Made by a program: the position numbers and the translations under genes
The notes under the pieces: model-generated
Told to the model about the DNA's origin: nothing
Seen by the model: the letters and a program-made list of their open reading frames with translations, nothing else
Database searches by the model: none
IMG/VR virus record: IMGVR_UViG_3300027659_000017
Coordinates: 1 to 64,000 of that record
Length of the DNA: 64,000 nucleotides
Source: a virus
Reading direction: 5' to 3' (one strand)
Shown here: positions 8,513 to 18,898 of the stretch, piece by piece
How positions within the stretch are numbered: the stretch's first letter is position 1
How the letters are laid out: each line of letters begins with the position of its first letter

Positions 8513-8892
8513 TGGCTCTTGTTAATCAAGTACAGAAAAGGGTTAAAATGCCCAAATGGGATATTGTTAAATTTCAGATTCTTACTCATTGTTATATTAA
8601 TCGTATAACAATGAGTGAATCTGATCTTGACTGTCTGACTTTATTGAGTTTTAATCAACCAGTAGAGCTAAGTAATTTTTGTCTTGATGCATCTTCTGAA
8701 GAGGATTGGATTTTTAAGTCTCCTCAAACAGTAAGAAACAGTATTAATAAATCTGAGAAAACTGGATTAATAGTTAAGGATGCCGGTAACAAGAAAGTTA
8801 TTATGCTTAATCCTAATTTAAAAATCCAAACCGAAGGTACCATATTACTAGACTTTAAATTTTTAGGAAATGATACCGAAGAAAGCAAGTAA
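8512..8892 (+). CDS. putative winged-helix DNA-binding protein
   Basis: SPQTVRNSINKSEKTGLIVK..VIMLNP resembles wHTH recognition helix plus wing. Confidence 0.5.
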   Translation: MALVNQVQKRVKMPKWDIVKFQILTHCYINRITMSESDLDCLTLLSFNQPVELSNFCLDASSEEDWIFKSPQTVRNSINKSEKTGLIVKDAGNKKVIMLNPNLKIQTEGTILLDFKFLGNDTEESK

Positions 8893-9277
8893 ATTATACA
8901 AGGAACTTACAAAAGAATTTGACGTTTCAGAGGATTTAGTTGAGAACTTAGTGGAGTTATACTATAAGACATTAAGAAAAAACTTAAGTAGTCTCAGTGA
9001 GCTGAGAATAAATGCAGACGGTCTAGGTCATTTTGTGATCAAGATACAAAAGGTAAAGAAAGCAATACCTCACTATGAGAAGGTTTTAAATAATCATGAC
9101 ACATCAACTTTTGGTGCTTATCATAATAAGAAGAGTGTTGAAGAGAAGTTAGAACTTTTGAATAAGATTAATGAAAAAGTAGAGAAAGAGTTAACTAAAC
9201 GTAAAAACTTTAAGGATGAGAAATACTCTAAAATTAATTTGGAACAACAGGAAGCAGATCCTGGAGGGGATAACTAA
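8870..9277 (+). CDS. HU/IHF-like DNA-binding protein
   Basis: N-terminal helices then INADGLGHFVIK (HU-type I.GLG.F). Confidence 0.55.
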   Translation: MIPKKASKLYKELTKEFDVSEDLVENLVELYYKTLRKNLSSLSELRINADGLGHFVIKIQKVKKAIPHYEKVLNNHDTSTFGAYHNKKSVEEKLELLNKINEKVEKELTKRKNFKDEKYSKINLEQQEADPGGDN

Positions 9278-9515
9278 TACAGTAATTAGAGATGAAACTG
9301 TAGAAGAAATTGCCAGGTTAAGATATTCTATTTGTGACGAATGTCCAAGTAAAGGAAGAAAGTGTGCAGTAAAAGGTACGGCACCATGTTGTAATGAATG
9401 TGGATGTTCACTTAACTTTAAGACCAGGTCACTTGCATCTGAATGCCCATTGGGTAAATGGGAAGCAATTGCTACAGTAGAGGAAGAAGATAAATTGGAT
9501 AATTTAGAAGATTAA
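9216..9515 (+). CDS. Cys-rich Zn-binding protein
   Basis: RYSICDECP..C..CCNECGC..KTR..SECPLGKW. Confidence 0.7.
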   Translation: MRNTLKLIWNNRKQILEGITNTVIRDETVEEIARLRYSICDECPSKGRKCAVKGTAPCCNECGCSLNFKTRSLASECPLGKWEAIATVEEEDKLDNLED

Positions 9516-9518
9516 GAT

Positions 9519-10349
9519 ATGATTGTATTTAATGCAGATGATCACAGCTATAAAAGTATAGATGATGAGAATATAAAATGGATAAGTGTAACTACACTTG
9601 TTTCACATTTTAAGAAACCTTTTGATGCAAAGAAGATTGCAGCTAAAGTTACTAAGAACAAAAATTCTAAATGGTTTGGGATTGATCCGGTTAGCATTCA
9701 GAAAATTTGGGATAGTGAAGCTGATAGATCTATTGTATTAGGAAGTTGGTATCATAATCAAAGAGAAGCTGATTTATGTGCATTAGCATCTATGGAAAGA
9801 GAAGGTGTTACAGTTCCTGTATTCAAACCAAATGAAGTTAAAGAAGGTGTTAAAGTAGCACCTTTACAAAAATTAGAACCAGGTGTTTACCCAGAACACA
9901 TGGTCTATCTTAGGTCTGCAGGTATCTGTGGCCAATCAGATTTAGTAGAAGTAGTCAATGGTAAAGTAAATATCATTGACTACAAAACTAACAAGGAAAT
10001 CAAGAAAGAATCATATGTAAACTATGAGGGAATATCTGATAAGATGGCACCTCCTGTAGATAGCTTAGATGATTGTAATTTCTATCACTATGCACTACAG
10101 CTTAGTATTTATATGTATATTATACTAAAGCATAATCCTAAACTTAAGCCGGGAAGAATATTCATTCATCATATTACTTTTGAAATTGAAAAGGAAGATG
10201 AGTGGGGATACCCGGTAACTAAAAGAGATGTTAATGGAGAACCAATTGTTAAAGAAGTCCTACCAATGGCAGTACCTTATTTAATTGATGAGGTGCTTGC
10301 AATTTTTCATTACATTCAGGACAACAAAGACAAAATAAAAAAGAAATGA
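9519..10349 (+). CDS. PD-(D/E)XK family exonuclease
   Basis: SVTT, GSWYH, GICGQSDL, IIDYKT, YALQLSIY motifs. Confidence 0.85.
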   Translation: MIVFNADDHSYKSIDDENIKWISVTTLVSHFKKPFDAKKIAAKVTKNKNSKWFGIDPVSIQKIWDSEADRSIVLGSWYHNQREADLCALASMEREGVTVPVFKPNEVKEGVKVAPLQKLEPGVYPEHMVYLRSAGICGQSDLVEVVNGKVNIIDYKTNKEIKKESYVNYEGISDKMAPPVDSLDDCNFYHYALQLSIYMYIILKHNPKLKPGRIFIHHITFEIEKEDEWGYPVTKRDVNGEPIVKEVLPMAVPYLIDEVLAIFHYIQDNKDKIKKK

Positions 10350-10864
10350 GTTTTACTAGACTATTTGATGTACAGAATGGAGTAGTTATTCCTACTGAAC
10401 ATTGCTATACACTAAAGGCACTTAAAGATGTAATGGATGAATACCCTGAAGAGTATCTTAAAATATACATGTATTTGTTTTATATGTGTTGTCCTAATCC
10501 CGATCTTAATCCTTTTTTCTTTACTCCGGATATTGATAAAGAAGCACTTATTATAGAACAAATAAATGGGGATTTCTCTACTGAAGATGACACAATCTAT
10601 ACAGCATTAAGATTCTGTGAGAGGATGTATGAAACACCTACATCCAGAGCTTACAAAGGAATTGCATCTATGCTAGATAGATTAGGGAGATATATGGAAA
10701 CTAGTCAGATTACTACGGGTAGAGATGGTAACTTTAACTCTTTAATTGCTGCAGCTAAGAACTATGATGCAATTAGACAATCATTTAAGGGTGCTTACAA
10801 AGATCTTCAAGATGAGCAACAGAGTAAAGTAAGAGGTGGACAAGGACTAGCATATGATATGTAA
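10346..10864 (+). CDS. conserved protein preceding terminase (possible small terminase)
   Basis: position directly before terL; helical; ends VRGG. Confidence 0.45.
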   Translation: MSFTRLFDVQNGVVIPTEHCYTLKALKDVMDEYPEEYLKIYMYLFYMCCPNPDLNPFFFTPDIDKEALIIEQINGDFSTEDDTIYTALRFCERMYETPTSRAYKGIASMLDRLGRYMETSQITTGRDGNFNSLIAAAKNYDAIRQSFKGAYKDLQDEQQSKVRGGQGLAYDM

Positions 10865-13068
10865 TGAGTGAGATTTACCAAGACATACCAACCTATGACA
10901 ACGGAACGTGGACAAAAACTAGTTTTGAATCCAGACAAGACTTCACTGACTTCATCTTTAATTTATTTAAAGAACCAGGTCAGTACAACTTCAACGAAAC
11001 AACCAATGAAGTATTCATATCTGAATCTAAAAAATTCAAACGTGATGGAGTATACTGCACAGCTCCCTTCAAATCAAGAGACTTCATAACTTACTGGGAT
11101 GACCAGAAAGATAAATGTCGAAAAGGTATAATTGTAAAAGATGATAGTAACACATGGTTTGTATGTAGAGAATACTACATGTGGTTAAACTTTCTACCAA
11201 TCTTTGACAAAGAAGAACAGAACTTTGGTTTTGCTAAAATTAGAGATGCTCAGTATCATTTGGCACTCTATGAACTTCTTGCAGAACTAAACTATAAACA
11301 TGCTGCTATATTAAAGAAACGTCAGATTGCATCTTCTTACTACCACATGGGTAAGTTTATAAATCAACAGTGGTTTGAAGCAGGGGTTACTTTAAAGATG
11401 GGAGCCTCACTCAAAGACTACATCAATGAGAAAGGATCATGGAAATTCCTACAAGAATATGCTGCATTTTTAAATGAACATACTGCATGGTATAGACCTA
11501 TGTCACCAGACAAGGTAATGATGTGGCAGCAAAAGATTGAAGTAAGAAAAGGAGACAGAAAAAATGAGGTTGGTCTCAAGGGTACCATACAAGGTATGTC
11601 TTTTGAGAAAGATCCAACAAATGGTGTAGGGGGTCCAGTTAAATACTTCTTCCATGAGGAAGCCGGGATTGCACCTAAGATGGATCAGACATACGAGTAT
11701 ATGAGACCAGCAATGAGATCTGGTTTGATGACTACAGGGATGTTTATTGCTGCAGGATCTGTAGGTGACTTGTCTCAATGTTATCCGTTGAAGGATATGA
11801 TTCAAAATCCAACTGCAAAAGATATCTATGCAGTACATACCAACTTGATTGATGGAAAAGGTACAGAAGGTTACTCAGGTTTGTTTATTCCTGAGCAATG
11901 GTCAATGCCACCGTACATAGATGAATATGGTAATTCACTTGTAGAAGAAGCATTAGAAGCTTTGGAGGATCAGTTTAGACAATGGAAAGAAGAATTAAAT
12001 CCTGAAGACTACCAGCTAAGAATCTCACAGCACCCAAGAAATATTAAGGAAGCATTTGACCATAGAACAGTTTCTGTATTCCCACCACATCTACTTGCTG
12101 CACAAGATAGACGAATTGAAGAAAAGGAATATGGTTATGAATTCCTTGATATATCTACTGATGTAGATGGGAAACCGGTTGTTACTAAAAGCAACAAAAG
12201 TCCAATAAAGGATTTCCCAATTAAAAAGAAAACAGAAGACAAAACAGGATGTGTTGTAGTATGGGAAAGACCAGTGGCAGAACCTACATTTGGTATGTAT
12301 TATGCATCTATTGACCCCGTATCTGAAGGTAAAACAAATACATCTGACTCATTGTGTTCTATCTATGTGATGAAAGCTCCTATTGAAGTAACCAAGGTTA
12401 CCGGTGTAGAGACAGAAACATACATAGAACAAGGTAAGATTGTAGCTGCATGGTGTGGTAGATATGATGATATAAATCAAACTCACAAACAATTAGAGTT
12501 AATCATTGAGTGGTATAATGCATGGACACTGGTGGAAAACAACATCTCATTGTTTATCCAGTACATGATCCAAAGGAGAAAACAAAAGTATCTGGTACCT
12601 AAGAGTCAGATTATGTTCTTAAAAGATCTTGGTTCTAACACTAATGTATTCCAGGAGTACGGTTGGAAAAATACAGGTACTCTATTCAAAGCACACCTTC
12701 TAAGTTATGCTATTGAATTTACTAGAGAGGAATTAGATCAAGAATTAAAACCTGATGGTACTGTAGTAAGAACTACATATGGTATAGAAAGGATTCCGGA
12801 TCCAATGCTTATCAAAGAAATGAGAGAATATGCTGACGGAGTCAATGTGGATAGACTAGTTTCTTTTGCAGCTCTTGTATCATTTATGAAAATACAGCAG
12901 TCTAACAGGGGTTATACTAAAACTGTTATCATGGATGATGTAGCCAAAAACTTGCAAAAGTCAGAAAATTTGTTTAAATTAAATAAGAGTCCGTTTAGAC
13001 ATATGGGTGGTGGTATGAAAAATACAAATGGTGGATTCAAAAGATCTGCATTTAAAAATATTAAATAA
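10864..13068 (+). CDS. terL: terminase large subunit
   Basis: LKKRQIASS Walker A variant, FFHEEAG Walker B, ASIDP nuclease motif, VENN, DRLVS. Confidence 0.9.
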   Translation: MSEIYQDIPTYDNGTWTKTSFESRQDFTDFIFNLFKEPGQYNFNETTNEVFISESKKFKRDGVYCTAPFKSRDFITYWDDQKDKCRKGIIVKDDSNTWFVCREYYMWLNFLPIFDKEEQNFGFAKIRDAQYHLALYELLAELNYKHAAILKKRQIASSYYHMGKFINQQWFEAGVTLKMGASLKDYINEKGSWKFLQEYAAFLNEHTAWYRPMSPDKVMMWQQKIEVRKGDRKNEVGLKGTIQGMSFEKDPTNGVGGPVKYFFHEEAGIAPKMDQTYEYMRPAMRSGLMTTGMFIAAGSVGDLSQCYPLKDMIQNPTAKDIYAVHTNLIDGKGTEGYSGLFIPEQWSMPPYIDEYGNSLVEEALEALEDQFRQWKEELNPEDYQLRISQHPRNIKEAFDHRTVSVFPPHLLAAQDRRIEEKEYGYEFLDISTDVDGKPVVTKSNKSPIKDFPIKKKTEDKTGCVVVWERPVAEPTFGMYYASIDPVSEGKTNTSDSLCSIYVMKAPIEVTKVTGVETETYIEQGKIVAAWCGRYDDINQTHKQLELIIEWYNAWTLVENNISLFIQYMIQRRKQKYLVPKSQIMFLKDLGSNTNVFQEYGWKNTGTLFKAHLLSYAIEFTREELDQELKPDGTVVRTTYGIERIPDPMLIKEMREYADGVNVDRLVSFAALVSFMKIQQSNRGYTKTVIMDDVAKNLQKSENLFKLNKSPFRHMGGGMKNTNGGFKRSAFKNIK

Positions 13069-13074
13069 CAAGTT

Positions 13075-15822
13075 ATGCAAGTATATAACGCATTACAACT
13101 TAAAAAGGGTGCTAAGACTGAACAGAATAGGATGGGTAGTATTACCCAACCTTTACAGTTTCTACCTAAGAAAGATAAGACTGAAGAGTGGGCTGCATGG
13201 AATCTTGACTGGTTAGAATGGCAGGGACTAAAACAGATCCGTAGAAATGCCAGAAGACTTATGAAGAACTATAAGTTGGCTAAGGGTATTATTGATAGAA
13301 CTGACTATATACTTGAAGAGAATAATGAGTACCGGGATATAGTAGAGTCATTAGTAAAAGAAGACTTTTCTGCACTTGAGTTAAAGTTTTATCCTATCAT
13401 CCCAAATGTTATTAATGTTCTAGTAGCTGAATTTGCAAAGAGATCTACTAGATTAACTTATAGAGCAATTGATGACTTCTCATACAATGAGATGCTTGAG
13501 CAGAAACGTGCCCAGGTAGAACAAACATTAATGGCAGATGCATCAGCAAAAATGATGGCTGCAATGTTAGAACAAGGATTGGATCCTCAGTCAGAAGAAG
13601 CACAACAACAATTATCTCCAGATAATATAAAGTCATTACCAGAAATTGAACAGTTCTTCAAAAAAGATTACCGGTCTATGGTTGAACAGTGGGCATCCCA
13701 TCAGCATGCTGTAGATACAGAGAGATTTAGAATGGATGAACTAGAAGAAAGAGGTTTCCGTGATATGTTGATTACTGACAGAGAGTTCTGGCATTTCAAG
13801 ATGATGGAAGATGATTATGAAGTAGAGTTATGGAATCCTGTAATTACTTTCTATCACAAGTCTCCGGATGTTAGATATATTTCTCAATCCAACTGGGTTG
13901 GTAAAACAGACATGTTTACGGTATCAGATGTGATTGACAAGTTTGGTCACGTACTTACTGATGAACAACATAGAGCACTAGAATCAGTTTATCCTATTAG
14001 ATCAGCAGGATATAACATTGGTGGTCTTCAGAATGATGGTTCTTTTTATGATGGTACCAAATCACATGAATGGAATACTAACATGCCTTCATTGGCATAC
14101 AGACAGTACACGTCATTTATGGCAGGTAACATTCTAGATGGTTCAGATGTTATTACTCAGATCTTAGCAGAAGGAGAAGACTACTATGATCAAGGTACAG
14201 CATACTTACTTAGAGTATCTACATGTTATTGGAAGTCACAAAAGAAAATTGGTCACCTAGTTAAGATTACTGAAGAGGGTGAAGTGACAAATGAGATTGT
14301 ATCTGAAGATTATCTTATTACAGATAAACCTATCTATGATACAAGACTCTTTAAGAATAAAACAAAAGACAACTTATTATTTGGAGAACACATTGACTGG
14401 ATCTGGATTAATGAGGTCTGGGGTGGTGTAAAGATTGGACCAAACGTACCATCATTCTGGGGTATGAATAATCCCGGTGGGTTCTCTCCTATTTATATTG
14501 GTGTAAACAGAAATCACATTGGACCACTGAAGTTTCAGTTTAAAGGGGACAATTCTCTCTATGGGTGTAAACTACCTGTAGAGGGAGCTGTCTTCTCAGA
14601 TAGAAATACAAAGTCTACTGCACTACTTGACTTGATGAAGCCATACCAGATTGGGTACAACATTGTAAACAATCAGATTGCAGATATCCTGGTTGATGAA
14701 CTTGGTACTGTAATCATGCTTGATCAAAACTCTTTACCTAGACACTCATTAGGAGAAGACTGGGGAAAAGGTAACTATGCAAAAGCATTTGTTGCAATGA
14801 AGAATTTTCAGATACTTCCTCTTGATACTTCTATTACAAATACAGAGAATGCATTAAACTTTAACCATTTCCAAAAACTGGATCTGGAACAGACAAATAG
14901 ATTGATGTCAAGGATTCAGTTGGCCAACTATTTTAAACAACAAGCATATGAGGTAATTGGTGTAAACCCACAACGTATGGGACAACAATTGTCACAGCAA
15001 ACTGCAACAGGAGTAGAGCAAGCTGTGTCTGCTTCATATGCTCAAACAGAAATGTTCTTCATTCAACACTGTGATTATTTGATGCCAAGAGTACACCAAA
15101 TGCGTACAGACTTGGCTCAATACTACCATAGTACTAAACCATCTGCTAGATTGACATATGTTACTACAGCAGATGAGAAAGTAAACTTTGAAATAAATGG
15201 TACAGATTTACTTCTAAGAGACTTAAACATTGCAGTAAGTACTAATGCTAACCATAGATCTATTCTTGAGCAATTGAAACAAATGGCTCTTCAGAATAAT
15301 ACTACCGGTGCAAGTATCTATGATCTTGGTAAAGTTGTTCAATCTGATTCAATTGCTCAACTCAATTCTGCATTGAAAACTTCAGAAGAGAAAGTAAATC
15401 AAATGAAGCAACAAGAAATGCAGCAACAACAACAAATGCAGGAACAACAAATCCAGTCTCAACAAGAAATTGAAAAGATGAAGATTGATGCTACTGCAGC
15501 TGAGAAAGAAAAAGATAGACAAAGAGATATCCTTGTTGCTGAAATTAGAGCTTCTGGTTATGGTGCTTCTGCAGATGTTAATCAAAATCAAATGTCTGAC
15601 TTCCAAGATGCAATGAAAGATCTTAGAGATACTGAACAATATCAGGAACAAACCAATCTTCAAAGAGAGAAAGAAACAAATAGAATGACAATTGAAAACC
15701 AAAAAGGTCAATTGGAAAGAGAAAAACTTCAGACTCAGAAAGAGATTGCAGACAAACAATTACAGATTGCACAGGAAAATAAAAATAAATTTGATATGAA
15801 ACCCGGTAAGGAAAAGAAGTAG
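13075..15822 (+). CDS. portal protein
   Basis: 915 aa after terL; YPIIPNVINVL, GVNPQRMG motifs; Q-rich coiled-coil C-terminus; crAss-like synteny. Confidence 0.8.
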   Translation: MQVYNALQLKKGAKTEQNRMGSITQPLQFLPKKDKTEEWAAWNLDWLEWQGLKQIRRNARRLMKNYKLAKGIIDRTDYILEENNEYRDIVESLVKEDFSALELKFYPIIPNVINVLVAEFAKRSTRLTYRAIDDFSYNEMLEQKRAQVEQTLMADASAKMMAAMLEQGLDPQSEEAQQQLSPDNIKSLPEIEQFFKKDYRSMVEQWASHQHAVDTERFRMDELEERGFRDMLITDREFWHFKMMEDDYEVELWNPVITFYHKSPDVRYISQSNWVGKTDMFTVSDVIDKFGHVLTDEQHRALESVYPIRSAGYNIGGLQNDGSFYDGTKSHEWNTNMPSLAYRQYTSFMAGNILDGSDVITQILAEGEDYYDQGTAYLLRVSTCYWKSQKKIGHLVKITEEGEVTNEIVSEDYLITDKPIYDTRLFKNKTKDNLLFGEHIDWIWINEVWGGVKIGPNVPSFWGMNNPGGFSPIYIGVNRNHIGPLKFQFKGDNSLYGCKLPVEGAVFSDRNTKSTALLDLMKPYQIGYNIVNNQIADILVDELGTVIMLDQNSLPRHSLGEDWGKGNYAKAFVAMKNFQILPLDTSITNTENALNFNHFQKLDLEQTNRLMSRIQLANYFKQQAYEVIGVNPQRMGQQLSQQTATGVEQAVSASYAQTEMFFIQHCDYLMPRVHQMRTDLAQYYHSTKPSARLTYVTTADEKVNFEINGTDLLLRDLNIAVSTNANHRSILEQLKQMALQNNTTGASIYDLGKVVQSDSIAQLNSALKTSEEKVNQMKQQEMQQQQQMQEQQIQSQQEIEKMKIDATAAEKEKDRQRDILVAEIRASGYGASADVNQNQMSDFQDAMKDLRDTEQYQEQTNLQREKETNRMTIENQKGQLEREKLQTQKEIADKQLQIAQENKNKFDMKPGKEKK

Positions 15823-15857
15823 TTAGCCATATATTACAATTTTTTTTGACGGATCTT

Positions 15858-15886
15858 TAAATTTTTCAAGTTTATTTTGTATATTA
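15858..15886 (+). promoter_or_regulatory. TAAAT-N7-GTTTA palindrome plus TTTTGTATATTA promoter motif
   Basis: intergenic, upstream of head genes. Confidence 0.55.
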
Positions 15887-15911
15887 AAGTATAACATAAA
15901 AAACCAACAAC

Positions 15912-17168
15912 ATGCCAAATGAAAATGAAAACCTGAATGAACAGGTACACGATTCTACAACGGTAGATCAAGTAGATGTAAATATTGATGAGATTTTTGG
16001 AATGCCCGGTGCAGAGAATGTAATGCTGCCACAGGATGAAGACAAACCAAAATCAATGTTTCATAAAGAAACAGTTGACACTACGTTCTTTGACAACCCT
16101 ACTGCTTCCGTAGAAGAAAGAAAAGAAGCTGCTGAAAAGAAAGTTGAAGTTGAAGAAACTATCAATGAACTAGATAATCTTATTTCCCAAGAAGAAGATG
16201 CAGGTAACAAAGGAAGACCAAAGATTGATAAGTCTGGTCTTGCTGAGCTTGCATACAAGATGATTGAGGAAGGGACACTGATGCCTTTTGATGATGAAAA
16301 ACCTCTTGAAGAATATACGACAAAGGACTTCAGAGAATTGTTTGAGGCAAATTTTCAAGAAAGAGAAAATGCAATTAGAGAAAACACTCCTAGAGAATTC
16401 TTTAATGCACTCCCTGAAGAACTTCAGGTGGCAGCTAAATATGTAGCTGATGGTGGAAAAGATCTTAAAGGTCTATTTAGAACTCTTGCTCATGTAGAAG
16501 AGATGAGACAACTTGATCCATCAGATGAATATGATCAAGCTGAGATTGCAAGACAGTATCTTTATGCTACCCAGTTTGGATCACCTGAAGAGATTGAGGC
16601 TGAGATTCAAGACTGGAGAGACTTGAACAGATTGCAACAAAAAGCTAATCAGTTCAAACCAAAGTTGGATGCAATGCAAGAAGAAATTGTTGCAAGACAA
16701 CTAGCAGAGCAAGAACATAAAAAGAATATGCAAGCTGAACAAGCAAAAGCATATCAGGAAAATGTATATACTACTTTAGCTTCAGGAACAATTGGTGGTT
16801 TAAAACTTGACAAGAAAGTACAAGGTTTATTATTCTCCGGATTAGTACAACCAAACTACCCCTCTATTTCAGGAAAACCAACCAACTTACTTGGACACTT
16901 ACTAGAGAAGTATCAATTTGTAGAACCAAGACATGACCTTATTGCAGAAGCACTATGGTTACTTGCAGATCCAAATGGATATAAAAACAAAGTACGTGAT
17001 CAAGGTAGTAAGCAAGCAGTAGAAAAAACAGTAAGACAGTTGAAAACAGAAGAATCAAGAAAACTTAATTCATCTATTTCAACTCCTTATAATGATGATG
17101 AAAGAAGAACATCTACTAAATCTGAACCAAGAAAAATTCAGAAGGGTAGTATGTTCCGAAGATTTTAA
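15912..17168 (+). CDS. scaffold-like head assembly protein
   Basis: acidic, coiled-coil, between portal and MCP. Confidence 0.6.
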   Translation: MPNENENLNEQVHDSTTVDQVDVNIDEIFGMPGAENVMLPQDEDKPKSMFHKETVDTTFFDNPTASVEERKEAAEKKVEVEETINELDNLISQEEDAGNKGRPKIDKSGLAELAYKMIEEGTLMPFDDEKPLEEYTTKDFRELFEANFQERENAIRENTPREFFNALPEELQVAAKYVADGGKDLKGLFRTLAHVEEMRQLDPSDEYDQAEIARQYLYATQFGSPEEIEAEIQDWRDLNRLQQKANQFKPKLDAMQEEIVARQLAEQEHKKNMQAEQAKAYQENVYTTLASGTIGGLKLDKKVQGLLFSGLVQPNYPSISGKPTNLLGHLLEKYQFVEPRHDLIAEALWLLADPNGYKNKVRDQGSKQAVEKTVRQLKTEESRKLNSSISTPYNDDERRTSTKSEPRKIQKGSMFRRF

Positions 17169-17195
17169 TTAGTAACAAACAAAAACAAATAAATA

Positions 17196-18812
17196 ATGGC
17201 AACTCCAGTTTTAAACAATGGTATATTCCTCAGAGATACCGCTTACAATGCAAGTTCCCATGTGGATTCATACCACTTGGTTAACATGCTAAAAGATGCT
17301 GAGCCTATGGATTTAGGTCCAGTTGACCTATGGGCAATGGCTCAGAAAGTTGAAATGCCTCTTTACCAAATGTCTTCTTTTGGTGGGAAAAATGTAATCA
17401 TGGTTGACAATGCTCGTGGAGAGTACAGATGGCAGACTCCTGTATCTGTAGATCTTCCTTACATTATTGAGGACATTGAACCAAACTTAGAATTCAAAGG
17501 TACAGATGGTTCTACTTTCCGTATTAAACTTAACAGACGTGAATTTGGACACGGTGATATCATCACTTATGACAAGTATAACGGAGTTGAGATGTACATT
17601 ACAGATGAAGATATCCTTCCTATGGGAGACGGATTCATCTATACCGTACAATTGGTAAACAATGATAACTTCAAATATCTTGATTCTAAGTATTTGACAA
17701 ATGGTACTAAAGTATTCCGTAAAGGTTCTGCACGTGGTGAGTATGGAGAAAGATTCTCTGACATTACTACAAGAACTGGTTTCCGTGAGTTTTACAACTT
17801 CGTAGGAGGAGCAGAAGCACACGTACATTATTCTATTTCATCTCGTGCTGACTTGATGATCAAAGGTGGAATGAATGCAGATGGTACAGTTCCAGTAACT
17901 GAGATCTGGAGATCATTTGATAAAAACAATGACCCTTCTGTATCTTCATTGGAAGACATGATCAAGATCATGGGTAAAGACAAAGTTAAACGTGCATTTG
18001 ATAACGGTGACTTGTCTAGAACTTTCTTGACTCAAATGGAAGCTGCTCACTTGACAAAAGTTGCAACTGACATTGAGACTTACTTGATGTGGGGACAAGG
18101 AGGTAGAGTTCGTCAAGATGGTCCAGATGACATCAGATTGTCTGTCGGTCTTTGGAGACAGTTGGATAACTCATTCAAAAGAGTATACAACAAGAATAAC
18201 TTTACTCTTGATTTGTTCCGTGGAGAAATCTACAACTTCTTCAATGGTAAGGTTGAGTTCCAAGGTCCAGATCCAAAACGTTCTCTAGTAGTTCAAACTG
18301 GTATGGGTGGAATGAGAATGGTAAATGAAGCTATCAAGAGAGAAGCTGTTGCATCTGGTCTTTTGATTCAGGCTGCTGATATCGGTGCAATCACTGGTAA
18401 AGGAATGGACTTGAACTTTGGATTTGCTTACACTTCTTATGTTATTCCATTCTTGGCTAACGTTAAGTTTGTGTTGAACCCAGCATTTGACAACGTTCAT
18501 ACAAATGATATTGAGAACCCAATCATTGATGGTTTCCCATTGTCATCTTACTCATTCATTATCTTTGATATCACTGATAATACAAATGATAACATCTACC
18601 TATTGAAGTTGTCTTGGGATAACCAATTGAAGTGGTGGTATCAAAATGGTACAATGGACTACATGGGCCGTACACAAGGGTTCCAGTCTTCTGGTCAATT
18701 CAATGGGTACCGTGTAATGATGTCTCAAACAATGCCGGCTATTTGGGTTAAAGATCCAACTAAAGTCTTGAAGATTGTTATGAGAAACCCTGTAACAGGT
18801 GGTTCATTCTAA
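17196..18812 (+). CDS. major capsid protein
   Basis: 538 aa, synteny, biased codon usage (ttc/aac/cgt), downstream terminator; EYRW and GLWRQL motifs. Confidence 0.8.
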   Translation: MATPVLNNGIFLRDTAYNASSHVDSYHLVNMLKDAEPMDLGPVDLWAMAQKVEMPLYQMSSFGGKNVIMVDNARGEYRWQTPVSVDLPYIIEDIEPNLEFKGTDGSTFRIKLNRREFGHGDIITYDKYNGVEMYITDEDILPMGDGFIYTVQLVNNDNFKYLDSKYLTNGTKVFRKGSARGEYGERFSDITTRTGFREFYNFVGGAEAHVHYSISSRADLMIKGGMNADGTVPVTEIWRSFDKNNDPSVSSLEDMIKIMGKDKVKRAFDNGDLSRTFLTQMEAAHLTKVATDIETYLMWGQGGRVRQDGPDDIRLSVGLWRQLDNSFKRVYNKNNFTLDLFRGEIYNFFNGKVEFQGPDPKRSLVVQTGMGGMRMVNEAIKREAVASGLLIQAADIGAITGKGMDLNFGFAYTSYVIPFLANVKFVLNPAFDNVHTNDIENPIIDGFPLSSYSFIIFDITDNTNDNIYLLKLSWDNQLKWWYQNGTMDYMGRTQGFQSSGQFNGYRVMMSQTMPAIWVKDPTKVLKIVMRNPVTGGSF

Positions 18813-18832
18813 CCCTATCATATATAATAAAC

Positions 18833-18862
18833 GGGAGGGAGGTAACTCTCTCCCTTTTTTTT
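18833..18862 (+). terminator. intrinsic terminator after MCP
   Basis: gggagggag/ctctctccc stem plus T8. Confidence 0.85.
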
Positions 18863-18898
18863 AAGTAACCAAAAATCAACAAATAAAAAACCAACAAC

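Noticed and set aside
9519-10349. Cas4 as part of a CRISPR system
   Set aside because: PD-(D/E)XK motifs present but no four-Cys Fe-S pattern, array or other cas genes
10864-18812. Introns or inteins in terminase, portal or MCP
   Set aside because: ORFs are continuous, with no intein splice-junction or homing endonuclease motifs seen
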